DNA of 64,000 bases, taken from an uncultured Thermodesulfobacteriota bacterium (GTDB taxonomy: Bacteria > Desulfobacterota > Desulfarculia > G963662305). The stretch is from the NCBI GenBank assembly GCA_964634465.1, contig CAZWLY010000004.1, positions 160,683 through 224,682 of the forward strand, read 5' to 3'. The translations under genes were made by a program, and so were the position numbers. The notes beneath the pieces were generated by a model. It saw only the letters and a program-made list of their open reading frames with translations, was not told where the DNA came from and did no database searches. Below, one piece after another: positions 16,786 to 27,266 of the stretch (positions are counted from its first letter, which is position 1; every line of letters begins with the position of its first letter).

Positions 16786-19338
16786 ATGAACCTGCGCCGC
16801 TTCTACGTCAAGCCTCACATGCCCGGCCGGCTCAAGCCGCTGTTCGAGCTGGCCTACAACGTCTGGACTACTTGGGACCAGGAGGCGATCAGGCTCTTTT
16901 CGCGCATCGACCCGGCCTTGTTTCGAAAGGTCCACCACAACCCGGTCGAGTTCATCCATCGTCTGGGCAGCGAGCGCCTGGCCGAGCTGGCCAAGGACCC
17001 CGGCTTCCTGTTCGAGCTGGAGCAGGTCTGGTACAAGTTCATCACCTACCTCTCCTTTGAGGGGACCTACTTGAGCGAGGCCGGCGAGGAGAAGTCCTTC
17101 GGCGAGGGCGACATCATCGCCTATCTGTCCATGGAGTTCTCCCTCCACGAGTCGATCCCCATCTATTCCGGCGGCCTGGGAATCTTGGCCGGCGACTACC
17201 TGAAGGCCGCCTCCGACGTCGGCCTGCCCCTGGTCGGCTTCGGATTGTTGTACCGCTTCGGTTACTTCACCCAGCGCATCAACCTCCACGGCCTCCAGGA
17301 AGAGGAGTACAAGGAGAACGTCTGGCACCTGAAACCGGTCGAGGAGGTGCTCGACCCGGAGGGCCAGCCGATCGTCTTCGGCGTCCCCCTCAAGGATGTC
17401 GAGGCGGCGGTCAAGCTGTGGAAGATCAACGTCGGGCGGACCACGCTCTATCTTCTGGACACCAACCTGGAGGACAATCCGCCCCAGGTCCGGGCGATCA
17501 CCGACATGCTCTACGATCCCGACCGGGACGACCGGATCGAGCAGGAATTGATCCTGGGCCGGGGCGCCCGGGTGGCCATGCGCCGGCTGGGCATCGAGCC
17601 CAAGGTCTACCACTTGAACGAAGGCCACTCGGCGTTCATCATCCTGGAGCGTTTGAAGGAATTGATGCTGGGCGAGGGCCGGTCTTTCGAGGAGGCGGCC
17701 AACATCATCCGCAACTCGACCGTCTTCACCACCCACACCCCGGTGATCGAGGGCAACGAGCATTTCGACGAGGAGTTGATCCTCGATTACGCCGCCGCCG
17801 ATCTCAAGAAACTGGGGCTGTCGGCCGACCGGTTCCTGGACCTGGGTCGGGTCTCGGGCCGGGGCAAGAGCTTTTGGCTGCCGGCCCTGGCCATTCGCTT
17901 CTCCCGCTTTACCAACGGCGTCTCGCCGATCCACGCTCAGGTGAGCCGCGGTATGTGGCGGCCGCTGTTCGCCGAGTTGCACGAGCTGGAGATACCGATC
18001 CACTCGATCAACAACGGCGTCCACCTGCCGACCTGGATGAGCAAGGACATCGCCTTCCTGTTCGACCGTTACGTCGGGCCGGACTATCTCCACAAGGCCG
18101 AGAAGCCCGAAGTCTGGGAGAAGGTCGCCGCCATCCCGGACGCCGAGTTGTGGGAGGCCCATCTTCGGGCCAAGCGGGACCTGATCTCCTTCGTTCGCCG
18201 CCGCCTGATGGCCGAGATGGAGCGCAAGGGCTTTGCCGAGTCCAAGCTTCGTGAGATCGAGGACGTGCTTTCGCCCCACGCCCTGACCATCGGCTTCGCC
18301 CGCCGCTTCGCTCCCTACAAGCGGGCCAACCTCATTCTTTCCAATCCGGAGCGGCTCAAGGCCATCCTGACCCATCCCCAGCGACCGGTCCAGATCATCT
18401 TCTCGGGCAAGTCCCACCCGGCCGACCTGGAAGGCAAGAGGATCATCCAGCAGGTGTTGCGCTTCATCCGGGACCACGAGCTGGAGACCAGGGTCGTCTT
18501 TGTCGAAGACTACGACATGGACGTCGCCCGGCACCTGGTCACCGGGGTGGACGTCTGGCTCAACACGCCCCTCAAACCCCTGGAGGCCAGCGGCACCTCG
18601 GGCATGAAGGCCGGCATCAACGGCGTGCTGAACTTGAGCGTCATGGACGGCTGGTGGCCGGAGTGCTACAACGGCGAGAACGGCTGGGCCATCACCGCCG
18701 GTGAGGCCATCGAGAACCTGGAGGCCAAGGCCGCGGCCGAGGCCAACCAGATATACGAACTCCTGGAGGAAGAGATCGCCCCGATGTTCTTCGAGCGCTC
18801 CGAGGGCGACATCCCCCGGGACTGGGCCCAGTGGATGAAGAACGCCATCGAGACCGTCGGCCGGGGCTTCAACATCCACGCCATGCTCAGGGGTTACCTC
18901 TACTCCTTTTACCTCCCCGAGACCGAGACCAGCGCCCGGCTGGCGGCCGACAAGGGCAAGGGGCTCAAGGCCCTGACCAAGCTCAAGAAAGACATCGATC
19001 GCTACTGGTCCAAGATCTATATCCGGGACTACTTCACCTCCATCGACGACCACGTTCCGGCGGTGGAAGAGGAGGTGACGGTCGATTGCTACGTCCAGGT
19101 GGACGACGCTCCGGTCGAACTCGTTATGGCCGAGGTGGTCTACACCTACGGCGAAGACGGCGGCCGCCTGGAGCGTATTCCCCTGAGTTTCCAGGAGTCT
19201 TACCCGGACAAGGTGGCCAAGTTCAGCGGTTCGTTCAGGCTCAAGGAGCCGGGCCTCCAGGAGATGGGGGTCAGGGTCCGGCCGGCCGACCCGCTCTTTT
19301 CGGAGCTCAACCCCAATTACGTCATCTGGGCCGGATAG
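16786..19338 (+). CDS. glgP: Alpha-glucan phosphorylase (GT35, maltodextrin/glycogen phosphorylase)
   Basis: 850 aa with an N-terminus typical of the alpha-glucan phosphorylase family (MNLRRFYVKPHMPGRLKPLFELAYNVWTTWDQEAIRLF). The long ORF 16687..19053 on the minus strand is its antisense artifact. Confidence 0.85.
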   Translation: MNLRRFYVKPHMPGRLKPLFELAYNVWTTWDQEAIRLFSRIDPALFRKVHHNPVEFIHRLGSERLAELAKDPGFLFELEQVWYKFITYLSFEGTYLSEAGEEKSFGEGDIIAYLSMEFSLHESIPIYSGGLGILAGDYLKAASDVGLPLVGFGLLYRFGYFTQRINLHGLQEEEYKENVWHLKPVEEVLDPEGQPIVFGVPLKDVEAAVKLWKINVGRTTLYLLDTNLEDNPPQVRAITDMLYDPDRDDRIEQELILGRGARVAMRRLGIEPKVYHLNEGHSAFIILERLKELMLGEGRSFEEAANIIRNSTVFTTHTPVIEGNEHFDEELILDYAAADLKKLGLSADRFLDLGRVSGRGKSFWLPALAIRFSRFTNGVSPIHAQVSRGMWRPLFAELHELEIPIHSINNGVHLPTWMSKDIAFLFDRYVGPDYLHKAEKPEVWEKVAAIPDAELWEAHLRAKRDLISFVRRRLMAEMERKGFAESKLREIEDVLSPHALTIGFARRFAPYKRANLILSNPERLKAILTHPQRPVQIIFSGKSHPADLEGKRIIQQVLRFIRDHELETRVVFVEDYDMDVARHLVTGVDVWLNTPLKPLEASGTSGMKAGINGVLNLSVMDGWWPECYNGENGWAITAGEAIENLEAKAAAEANQIYELLEEEIAPMFFERSEGDIPRDWAQWMKNAIETVGRGFNIHAMLRGYLYSFYLPETETSARLAADKGKGLKALTKLKKDIDRYWSKIYIRDYFTSIDDHVPAVEEEVTVDCYVQVDDAPVELVMAEVVYTYGEDGGRLERIPLSFQESYPDKVAKFSGSFRLKEPGLQEMGVRVRPADPLFSELNPNYVIWAG

Positions 19339-19629
19339 GCCCGGGGCGGACCGAACGGCAGCCCCCCAAACACGGCCTTAAGCCGCCGGTTTCGGCCGAT
19401 GACCTCGGGCGCTGGCTTCTCTTGCCCGCCGATCCTTCGCCGGCGCGGGGTCCGTTCGATCACCTCTTCTTCGAGACGGCCTTCATGGCCTTGACGCCCT
19501 GAGAGACGCCCAAAACAGGCGAGCCTCTCGAAGCCCGAATTCCGAGATAATCGAGTCGTCGATTGCCGCCCCGGCAGGCGGGTTTGTAATGGATTTATCG
19601 CGGGTTCAACCCCCATCAAGGAGGGGCGT

Positions 19630-19923
19630 ATGTTTGAGACCCGGAAAGAGTTTCTGGAAGAGGTGATGCGGCGGGCCGGCTTGGGCTCCATTGAGGAGGC
19701 CGACAGAGTCGCCCGAGTCGTCATCGGGTTGATCAAGGCTCGGATCGGGCCCGAGCTGTCCGAGAAGGTGGCCGAGGTGTCTCCGCCGGACTTGAGCAAG
19801 GGCTGGCGGGCCATCGCCCTGCCCGGTGAGGCCATGGAGTTGCAGGAGATGATGTTCGAGGTGGAGGAGGTGGGCGAGGAAGCGAAGCCGGCGGCGGACA
19901 CCCGCCCGGCCGAGTACGGCTAA
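19630..19923 (+). CDS. DUF2267-family small protein
   Basis: MFETRKEFLEEVMRRAGLGSIEEADRVARVVIGLIKARIGPELSEKVAEV matches the DUF2267 pattern. GGAGGGG Shine-Dalgarno upstream. Confidence 0.45.
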   Translation: MFETRKEFLEEVMRRAGLGSIEEADRVARVVIGLIKARIGPELSEKVAEVSPPDLSKGWRAIALPGEAMELQEMMFEVEEVGEEAKPAADTRPAEYG

Positions 19924-20079
19924 GCCCGGTTCGAGGCGAACCGGGCCATATTTCATGGACAGGTCTTCGGCGGCGAGGTTCGGTTTCCGATTCTTGATCT
20001 CGACGCCCTATCGAGCGCAGCACGCCGGGGCGGCCTGTAGCGGCGCGTTCGGCCGCCGGCCCCGGCCACCTTGGCCGGG

Positions 20080-22311
20080 CTAGCCGGGGCCGGAATCGCG
20101 CCGGCGGTCCCGGCCGGTCGATATAAGCGCCCCGTCCAAGACTTCCCGAACCTTTTGGAGCAGGCCGGCGAGGCGGTAGGGCTTGCCGATGAATCCGGCC
20201 ACGCCTTTGTCCGCCAATTCTTCGATCCGGTCTTCCACCGGATAGCCGCTGGCGATGATGATCTTCACCTCCGGATCGAGCTTCATCAGCTCCTCGAGAC
20301 ATTGATCCCCGCCCATGCCGGGCATTCCCAAATCGAGGATGACCAGCTCGATCTCGCCCCGTTGGTCCCGGTAGATATCGAGGGCCGCCTTTCCGCTCGA
20401 GGCGGTCAGGACCCGATAGCCGTACTGACTCAACAGGTCCTGGGCGACCTCCAGGATCGGGATCTCATCGTCCACGACCAGAATCGTCTCGACGCCGGCC
20501 GGGATGTCCTCTTCCGGTTCCTCGACGGCTCCTTCTGCGGCCGCACTCGCCGCCGGCAGGTAGACCTTGAAGATGGTCCCCTGGTCGATTTCGCTGTAGC
20601 AGGTGATCTGGCCGCCGTGGGCCTTGACGATGCCGTAGGCCGTGGCCAGTCCCAGCCCGGTGCCTTGGCCGATCTTCTTGGTGGTGAAGAAGGGCTCGAA
20701 TATGCGGTCCAGGGTTTCCCTGTTCATGCCCGTACCGGTGTCCTGGATCGACAACTGGACGTAACGCCCAGGCTTCAATCCCAGATAGCGACGGCAGTGC
20801 TCCTTGTCCAGGAACACATTCTCCGTCTTGAAGATCAACCGGCCGCCGTCGGGCATGGCGTCGCGCGCGTTGGTGGCCAGATTCAGGATGATCTGCTCCA
20901 ACTGGGTCGCATCGGCGTCGATCGGCCACAAGTCCTCGGCCAGGTGGACCTCGATGTCGATCGTCTTGGGGAGGGCGCTTCCCAGCAACCCGGCGGCCTG
21001 CCCGATCTCGTCGTTGAGGTCGAGCGACTGTTTTTGACTTTCCACCTTGCGGCTGAAGGTCAAAAGCTGGCGGACCAGCTCGGTGGCCCTCTGGATCGAC
21101 TTGTCTATCTTGGTCAGGTACCCGGCGGCCGAATCGGAGGGGTCGCCCTTTATCAGCAACAGTTGGACGCTTCCGGAGATGACCTGGAGAATGTTGTTGA
21201 AGTCGTGGGCCACCCCGCCGGCCAGGGCGCCCACCGCTTCCATCTTTTGGGCCTGTCTGAGCTGAGCCTCCATCTTTCTTTGTTCGGTGACGTCACGCAG
21301 GTTGATGACGCTGCCGACTGGGCCGCCGTCGCTATTCCGCATCACCGCGGCGCTGACGCTGACGTCGAGAATCCGGCCCCACTTGTCGTAGCGGCGGGTT
21401 TGAACACTGGAGAAACTCTCGCCCCGCTTGACCCGTTCGATTATCTCCAATGTCTCGGGCTTGGCCTCCTGGGGCACGAAATCTATTCGCCGGCCCAAGA
21501 CCTCCTCCAGTCTCCAGCCAAAGACGCGGGTGAAAGCCGGATTGAGATAGGTGACCCTGCCGGTCATGTCGTAGAGCACCACCGGGTCGGGCGCGACCTC
21601 CAGTATCTTGTGGTAGCGCTCTTCGCTCTCCCGGAGCGCCTCTCTGGCTCTTTTATCGTCGGTTACGTCGATGAAGCTCTCCACGATGCCCAACCTTTCG
21701 CCGTCAGCCCCCAGGTACGGCGCCGCCGTGGCGAAGCAAGAGATCGTCGCCCCGTTGCGGAGGTCCATTTCGGCTTCATATTCGACAAGTTCCCGCCCCT
21801 CCATGATGGCGGTCATCGGGCAATCGAGGGTGTGGCAGAGGGGGACGGTCCAGGTTTCGTGGCACTTCCGGCCGACTATTTCGTCCTTGGGGAGACCCAA
21901 CAGGCCGGAAAGTCTATCGTTTACTCGAAGGACGGTGAAGTCCCTGCCGATCACGGTCATGGCCATGGCCGGGGCGTTGAACGCCTGATCCAGTTCGGCG
22001 TAGGCGAGCTTGAGGGAGTTCTCCGAACGTTTGATCGATTTGAAGAGAGGCGTTATCCAGGCCAGGCCGATCACCATGAGCGCTGAAATCGCCAGCGCAA
22101 CCAGTTCCACGCTCAAGTCACGGGGGAGAACCCCGTTTCCCGACGCGACATGATAGAGAGTGATGCTTCGCCGCCAGCCCATCAGGATGATGGCGAGAGA
22201 CAACACCAGCCATCCGCTCCGCCGGCCAGTGATGGAGATCAAGCGCAGGGCCATGAAGGCGGCCGCGAACTGCAGCAGGACGGATGTCCCCAGAATCGAC
22301 AAGATGAGCAT
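20080..22311 (-). CDS. Hybrid sensor histidine kinase (N-terminal TM region, PAS domains, HisKA, HATPase_c, C-terminal receiver)
   Basis: The H-box AHDFNNILQVISG and the N/G1/G2 boxes of the HATPase domain are present. C-terminal receiver ILVVDDEIPILEVAQDLLSQYGYRVLTASSGKAALDIY...LDLGMPGMGG. Confidence 0.85.
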   Translation of the reverse strand: MLILSILGTSVLLQFAAAFMALRLISITGRRSGWLVLSLAIILMGWRRSITLYHVASGNGVLPRDLSVELVALAISALMVIGLAWITPLFKSIKRSENSLKLAYAELDQAFNAPAMAMTVIGRDFTVLRVNDRLSGLLGLPKDEIVGRKCHETWTVPLCHTLDCPMTAIMEGRELVEYEAEMDLRNGATISCFATAAPYLGADGERLGIVESFIDVTDDKRAREALRESEERYHKILEVAPDPVVLYDMTGRVTYLNPAFTRVFGWRLEEVLGRRIDFVPQEAKPETLEIIERVKRGESFSSVQTRRYDKWGRILDVSVSAAVMRNSDGGPVGSVINLRDVTEQRKMEAQLRQAQKMEAVGALAGGVAHDFNNILQVISGSVQLLLIKGDPSDSAAGYLTKIDKSIQRATELVRQLLTFSRKVESQKQSLDLNDEIGQAAGLLGSALPKTIDIEVHLAEDLWPIDADATQLEQIILNLATNARDAMPDGGRLIFKTENVFLDKEHCRRYLGLKPGRYVQLSIQDTGTGMNRETLDRIFEPFFTTKKIGQGTGLGLATAYGIVKAHGGQITCYSEIDQGTIFKVYLPAASAAAEGAVEEPEEDIPAGVETILVVDDEIPILEVAQDLLSQYGYRVLTASSGKAALDIYRDQRGEIELVILDLGMPGMGGDQCLEELMKLDPEVKIIIASGYPVEDRIEELADKGVAGFIGKPYRLAGLLQKVREVLDGALISTGRDRRRDSGPG

Positions 22312-22444
22312 GTCGTTCCCACTACCGGCCGGTGGAAGGCTTTCGGGCGCGCCTCACTGCGCCGCCACGCCGGAAAGGCAAGGATCGATTCGCTGAGGGG
22401 GCGGCTGGTTAAGCCGCCCGGCCGCCCCCTCCCAAGGCCCGGTC

Positions 22445-24361
22445 TCAAAAGTCATGAAGATCGTCTTCATCCAGCGGGATGACCTTGTCGGGCGAAACTT
22501 CATGACCGATTTGCCGGGGAACGGTTCGGACCTCCCGCCCGGCTTCGTTTTGCCGCCGGACCAGACTCACCCATCTCAACCTCGAACCGCCCGTTTTTTT
22601 CCGGTCGCCGTTGGCGCCGCCGACTACGGCCATCAACTGATCGACCATGTCCTTCATCACTTCGGCCTGGGCGCTCATTTCCTCGGAGGCCGAGGCGCTC
22701 TCCTCGGCGCTGGAGGCGTTGCCCTGGGTCACCTGATCGAGCTGGCCCATGGCGATGTTGATCTGATCGACGCCCTGAGCCTGTTCGCTGGAGGCGGCGG
22801 CTATCTCGGTCACCAGTCCCGAGACCTTGTTGACCGCGTCGGTGACCTCCTTGAATCCGTCCTGGGTCTTGGCGACCAGGTCCGAACCTTGGCCGATTCG
22901 GTTGACCATGTCGTCCACCAGGGCCTGGGTGCCCTTGGCCGCCTCGGCCGCCCGCATGGCCAGGTTGCGGACCTCGTCGGCGACCACGGCGAAGCCGGCG
23001 CCCGCCTCTCCGGCCCGGGCCGCCTCCACGGCGGCGTTGAGAGCGAGCAGGTTGGTCTGGAAGGCGATCTCGTCGATGGACTTGACGATCTTGCCGGTCT
23101 CTCCGCCCAACTCGGCGATCTGCTCCATGGAGCCGGCCATCTGGGCCATGGCCTGGCCGGCGTCGATCACCGTCTGTTTGGCCTCCCTCATCAGCGAGTC
23201 GGCTTGGCCGGCGTTGTCGGCGTTGGTCCTGATCATCGAGGACATCTCCTCCAGGGACGCAGACGTCTCTTCCAGCGCCGCCGCCTGTTCGCTGGCCCCT
23301 TCGGCCAGGCTCTGGGAGGATGAAGAGACCTGGGTCGAAGCCGAAGCCACCTGCTCGGCGCCGGCGCCGAGAGCGTCGATGATGCGGTTGAGCGGCTTGG
23401 TGATGGAGCGCGAGATGAAGAAACTCAGCAGCAGGCCGACGAGGATGGCCGCCGCCGAGATTATCAGGGCCACCATCCGCTGGGCCGCGGCGTCCTTCAC
23501 CATCGTCTTCTCTATTTCGGCGCTGACTTTGGCGCTGGCGGCCTGAAGGCTGCGCCCGCTCTCGAACATGCCTTCCACCGCTTTTTTCTGGGCCAAGGTG
23601 AAGGTGAGGGCTCGCTGGAACGATTTCTGGTAATCCTTGGCTTCCTTCTCCAGCCTGGCCATCGCCTGTCTCATCTGGGCGCTTTTGAAGCGGGAGAGCA
23701 GGGTACCGGCTTTGGCCACCATGGCGGCGGTGTTTTTCGACGCCTGATCGGCGTAGCCTTGCTCGCCGGTAAGGATGAACTCTTTTTCCTGGCGGCGGGC
23801 GTTCAGGACGTGAGTCACGATTTCGCTCAGCGTATCTCGCTTGGCTATCAGATCGTCTATCACCTCTATAGAGGCGTTTTCGTTTCGGGCCTTCAAGTAC
23901 TTCGCCCGCATGTCGGTCATCAGATCGAGGGCCAACCGCTCGGCCTCCTTGGCCTGGCGGAGCATGTCGGCCTGGGCCTCTTTTCGCCGTGCGCTCGCCT
24001 CGTGATAACGGTCGAACTGCTCTTTATACCCGGCCAGATAGTTCAGAATTCCTCTCATCTCGTTTTTATGGACGTCGTTGGCCAGACTCGTCCCCAGCCG
24101 TTGGGCGTCGCCCTTCAACGCCTCGAGTTTGTCTTTGATGTCCGCGGCGACTTCCTCTTCGCCGGTGATGACGTATTTTTTCTCCTGCTCGATCACCCGC
24201 AGCATGTCTCTCACCAGCCGATTGACCGCCAATACGCCCTGGCTCTCCTCTTCCAGACCGGTCAGAGCCCAATGGGCCACTATGGCCGCAGCGCAAAGCA
24301 TGACCAATACCGACCCAAAGCCGATCGCCAGTTTTACCCCGACTCTTACGTTGTTAAGCAT
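22445..24361 (-). CDS. Methyl-accepting chemotaxis protein (N-terminal helical sensor, HAMP, MCP signalling domain)
   Basis: Highly conserved MCP tip [40 protein letters not shown]. About 75% identical in the signalling domain to the second MCP at 62387..64000. Confidence 0.85.
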   Translation of the reverse strand: MLNNVRVGVKLAIGFGSVLVMLCAAAIVAHWALTGLEEESQGVLAVNRLVRDMLRVIEQEKKYVITGEEEVAADIKDKLEALKGDAQRLGTSLANDVHKNEMRGILNYLAGYKEQFDRYHEASARRKEAQADMLRQAKEAERLALDLMTDMRAKYLKARNENASIEVIDDLIAKRDTLSEIVTHVLNARRQEKEFILTGEQGYADQASKNTAAMVAKAGTLLSRFKSAQMRQAMARLEKEAKDYQKSFQRALTFTLAQKKAVEGMFESGRSLQAASAKVSAEIEKTMVKDAAAQRMVALIISAAAILVGLLLSFFISRSITKPLNRIIDALGAGAEQVASASTQVSSSSQSLAEGASEQAAALEETSASLEEMSSMIRTNADNAGQADSLMREAKQTVIDAGQAMAQMAGSMEQIAELGGETGKIVKSIDEIAFQTNLLALNAAVEAARAGEAGAGFAVVADEVRNLAMRAAEAAKGTQALVDDMVNRIGQGSDLVAKTQDGFKEVTDAVNKVSGLVTEIAAASSEQAQGVDQINIAMGQLDQVTQGNASSAEESASASEEMSAQAEVMKDMVDQLMAVVGGANGDRKKTGGSRLRWVSLVRRQNEAGREVRTVPRQIGHEVSPDKVIPLDEDDLHDF

Positions 24362-24928
24362 CTACACAACCCTCTTTTCCTCGTGCGACACACCAGGAAT
24401 CCCCCAGCGGTCGCTGCCCGGCCCGGTGTGGCTTCGGGCCGCCTCCCCGGAGCGAACCACCCGATCGATGTCGAGCAATATCTTGACTCCGCTTTCGATC
24501 TTGGCCATGCCGAGGATGCATTCGTTGTCCCAAACGGTTCCAAAAGACGGCGTCTCCTCTATGTCGCCCGCCTTGATGTTCATTACTTCGGAGACGGAAT
24601 CGACCACGACGCCCATCCGGACATTCCCTTCCCCGTTTCCGACTTCGACGACGACGATGCAGGTTTTGTCGGCGTCGCCGGCCTGTTCCAGACTGAAGAG
24701 ACTCCTCAAATCGACGATCGGGATCACCTTGCCCCGGAGATTGATCACCCCTCTGATGAAGGGCGGCGCCTGGGGTACGGTGGTGATGGTCATCATTCCG
24801 ATGATCTCCTTGACCTTCAAAATGCCGATGCCGTACTCCTCCCCGGCCAAGGTGAAGGTCAGATACTTCCCCTCCGCCGCAGGCAAGACTCCGACTCCCT
24901 GTTCCTGTCCTTCCAAATGTGCGTCCAT
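24362..24928 (-). CDS. cheW: Chemotaxis coupling protein CheW
   Basis: LTFTLAGEEYGIGILKVKEIIGMMTITTVPQAPPFIRGVINLRGKVIPIVDLR is the canonical CheW fold sequence. Immediately upstream of, and abutting, the MCP gene. Confidence 0.85.
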   Translation of the reverse strand: MDAHLEGQEQGVGVLPAAEGKYLTFTLAGEEYGIGILKVKEIIGMMTITTVPQAPPFIRGVINLRGKVIPIVDLRSLFSLEQAGDADKTCIVVVEVGNGEGNVRMGVVVDSVSEVMNIKAGDIEETPSFGTVWDNECILGMAKIESGVKILLDIDRVVRSGEAARSHTGPGSDRWGIPGVSHEEKRVV

Positions 24929-25755
24929 AACCCCCTCTTTTCTCTAAGAATCTCTGATCGGCCGCCGCCGCTTTTCGATGCGGCGGCCGGGTGTGAAAAC
25001 ATTGATCCGGCATAGACCGAACAAGCGCATCGGCGCCCTATGCCTCCCGGCGGCGATCGCCGATCCTTTGCCGGAAACGCCCGGAACGAACGGGCACATG
25101 CCGGGACGGATTCGCGGGCCGGCCGCCCTTCCTTTTTTCTTGTCTATCGCCACAGTGTCACCGTTGAGGAGTCAAGTGGAGCAGTTCATGGAGAGCAGGC
25201 GGGCCGCAGCGTAGTTGGCGCTGTTTCGGGAGTGATCCATTTCCCCAATTCTTCCTGACGAGGCCGAAAGCGATTGCTTGGCCGGAGGATGTTTACGGCC
25301 GGAACGGAGACTTGCTCGCTGTTTGGCGGGCGGGCAAAACCGGAACTGCATGCGGTAAAGACGAATCGCGGCGCTCGACCCGATTGCGACCGGCGATATC
25401 CCTCCGCTCCGTTGAACTCCTCTCAAAATCGCTGGCCTCCTTTTTTGCCTTCCGCGTTCGTTTTTGACCGAAACCAATTTTCTCAGAGACACATCAAACA
25501 TCACATTACGAGTCGAAAACGTCTCTGTCTAAATAAGGATATCGCAGTTATGATGCAGAACAATTGGCGAGGTTGCGTATTTGATGATCTAACCTGGCAG
25601 GATAGACGGCGACATTTTCCCCGAGGAAGTATCAGGCCCGGCCTGATATGAAACTAAGACATTGAACGCCGAGCATGGTTGTTTGCCGTCTTGCTCGAAG
25701 AATTGGAAGGCGAGCGATTTTTCTCCGCCGGTTTTGTGAACCGGCGGCAGAAAGG

Positions 25756-26286
25756 TTAGAATCCCTTGGCGGCGATCTCCGGACTGAGGTAGGGTTGGTC
25801 GGCGGCCGCCGAGTGGACGGCGGAGACGAGTTCTTTGGATATCCTGTTCTTGAGAACATAGGCCGAGACGCCCGCCTTGATCATCCCCTGGACATAGCTC
25901 CGGCCGGAATGCATCGACACGGCGATGATTTTTATGCTGGGATTCTGGGCCATTATCTGACGAGCGGCCTCAAAACCGTTCAGTTGAGGCATTATCACGT
26001 CCATGATGACTATGTCCACGGTCGTACTCAGAACTTCTTCCACCGCCGTCTGTCCGTTGTCGGCTTCGCCGATTACTTTGAAACCCGGTTCGTTTTCAAG
26101 AAGCGACCTGATTTCCTGCCGGATGGCGTGGTCGTCGTCAGCTAAAAAGAATCGAATACACCCTCCCCTCCTTTGGCCGGCGCCGAAAGGACTTCGATAC
26201 AGTCGATTTTCGACTGCGGCTATGAAATCAATATAACCGATGGGGTTTCGAAGTGCAATCGACGAAGTGGAGATAGAAGCCGACAA
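25756..26286 (-). CDS. Stand-alone response regulator receiver domain protein (start uncertain)
   Basis: IRFFLADDDHAIRQEIRSLLENEPGFKVIGEADNGQTAVEEV...IVIMDVIMPQLNG is a canonical receiver. The track start is a TTG. A strong AAAGGAGGGGAGGG Shine-Dalgarno lies just upstream of the receiver core but with no in-frame ATG/GTG, so the true start is unresolved. Confidence 0.55.
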   Translation of the reverse strand: MSASISTSSIALRNPIGYIDFIAAVENRLYRSPFGAGQRRGGCIRFFLADDDHAIRQEIRSLLENEPGFKVIGEADNGQTAVEEVLSTTVDIVIMDVIMPQLNGFEAARQIMAQNPSIKIIAVSMHSGRSYVQGMIKAGVSAYVLKNRISKELVSAVHSAAADQPYLSPEIAAKGF

Positions 26287-26485
26287 AGACTTCAGTTATG
26301 TGATTAACGTGAGGAGTTTGTTCTGCATTTCCGAATATACACTCATGTCGATATTTTCAACCTACCCAACGACAATGTTTTTCCGACAATCGTCTATAAT
26401 TCATTGATTGTCGACAGATTTTTTATTTGAAAAAATTTTTTGTTTTTGGACTCAAGTTGTTGAATTCATCCTTGTCCGCCGGTTT

Positions 26486-27163
26486 CTATTCGGCCAGGTC
26501 CCAGGCTGGTTCGAGGTCCGCCAGCCGCTTTAACAGCCCCGGCACGTGGGCCCAACCGCCGACGTGGATCACCCGGGGATGGCGCTCGGTAAGGCGGCGG
26601 ATGAACCCGGCCAGATGGTCCTCGCGCTCGGCGTCGGCCTCGATCGCTTCTCCCCTCTCGATGGCCCGCCGGGCCCGTCGATAGGCCGCCTCGGCCCTGG
26701 CCGTGGGCGAGGGATCGTCGCCGTCGAGGACGGCCCGGACGTTGGCCGTCGAGACCAACTCCCAGGCGTGGGCCAGCTCCCTTTGGCTGGTGACGGCCGG
26801 CTCGGCCAGGCGGACCCGGCCCGGTCCGGCCCAGGCCCTGGCCGCAGTGAACTCCGCCGGCGGCCAGAGGTAGCGGGCCAGGGCGGCGATCCCGCCATGA
26901 GCCCAGAGTTCGTCGACGGTAAGACCGCGTTCGGCGGCGACTTCGGCTAGGCTCCGGCTCAGCCGATCGATCAGGAGGGGGGCGTGGCGACGGCGGAAAC
27001 TGAGGCTAAGGGGGCTGACCTCCACCGAGACCAGCGTTCGGGAGGGCGCAACGCCCGAGCGTTCGAACGCCGCGACGAGCCTGGCCCGGCCGGCCGGGTC
27101 GTGATGGACGGCGCCGATTATCAAGACTCGCGGCGGTGGAGCCAAAACCGAACCTCCCGGCAA
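26486..27163 (-). CDS. Hypothetical protein, possibly Tiki/TraB/ChaN-superfamily-like (start uncertain)
   Basis: GC3-rich codon usage supports coding. VLIIGAVHHDPAGRARL resembles the GxxH(H) N-terminal motif of ChaN/TraB/Tiki proteins. No other motif recognised. TTG start in the track; GGGAGG plus an alternative TTG at about 27145. Confidence 0.35.
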   Translation of the reverse strand: MPGGSVLAPPPRVLIIGAVHHDPAGRARLVAAFERSGVAPSRTLVSVEVSPLSLSFRRRHAPLLIDRLSRSLAEVAAERGLTVDELWAHGGIAALARYLWPPAEFTAARAWAGPGRVRLAEPAVTSQRELAHAWELVSTANVRAVLDGDDPSPTARAEAAYRRARRAIERGEAIEADAEREDHLAGFIRRLTERHPRVIHVGGWAHVPGLLKRLADLEPAWDLAE

Positions 27164-27266
27164 TCTCGACTCATTCTATCGCCCTTTGCGCCCGGCGGAC
27201 AAATCGGGCCACAACCGGCTTGTCTCCCGGCCGGAAAAATGAAAGAATAGGCGAGGGGGAGATTGT

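Noticed and set aside
16687-19053. 788-aa minus-strand ORF and 17418..18254 plus-frame ORF
   Set aside because: Antisense or alternate frame of the 850-aa alpha-glucan phosphorylase gene.
20071-22086. 671-aa plus-strand ORF
   Set aside because: Antisense of the hybrid histidine kinase, whose own frame carries H, N, G1, G2 and receiver motifs.
22454-23546. Plus-strand ORFs 22454..23323 and 22827..23546
   Set aside because: Antisense to the MCP gene. Similar antisense ORFs (62795..63970 minus) accompany the second MCP.
25274-25651. 125-aa plus-strand ORF in the cheW-REC spacer
   Set aside because: Sits in the AT-rich, promoter-like segment, has no Shine-Dalgarno, mixed codon usage and no motif. 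More likely untranslated leader or regulatory DNA.
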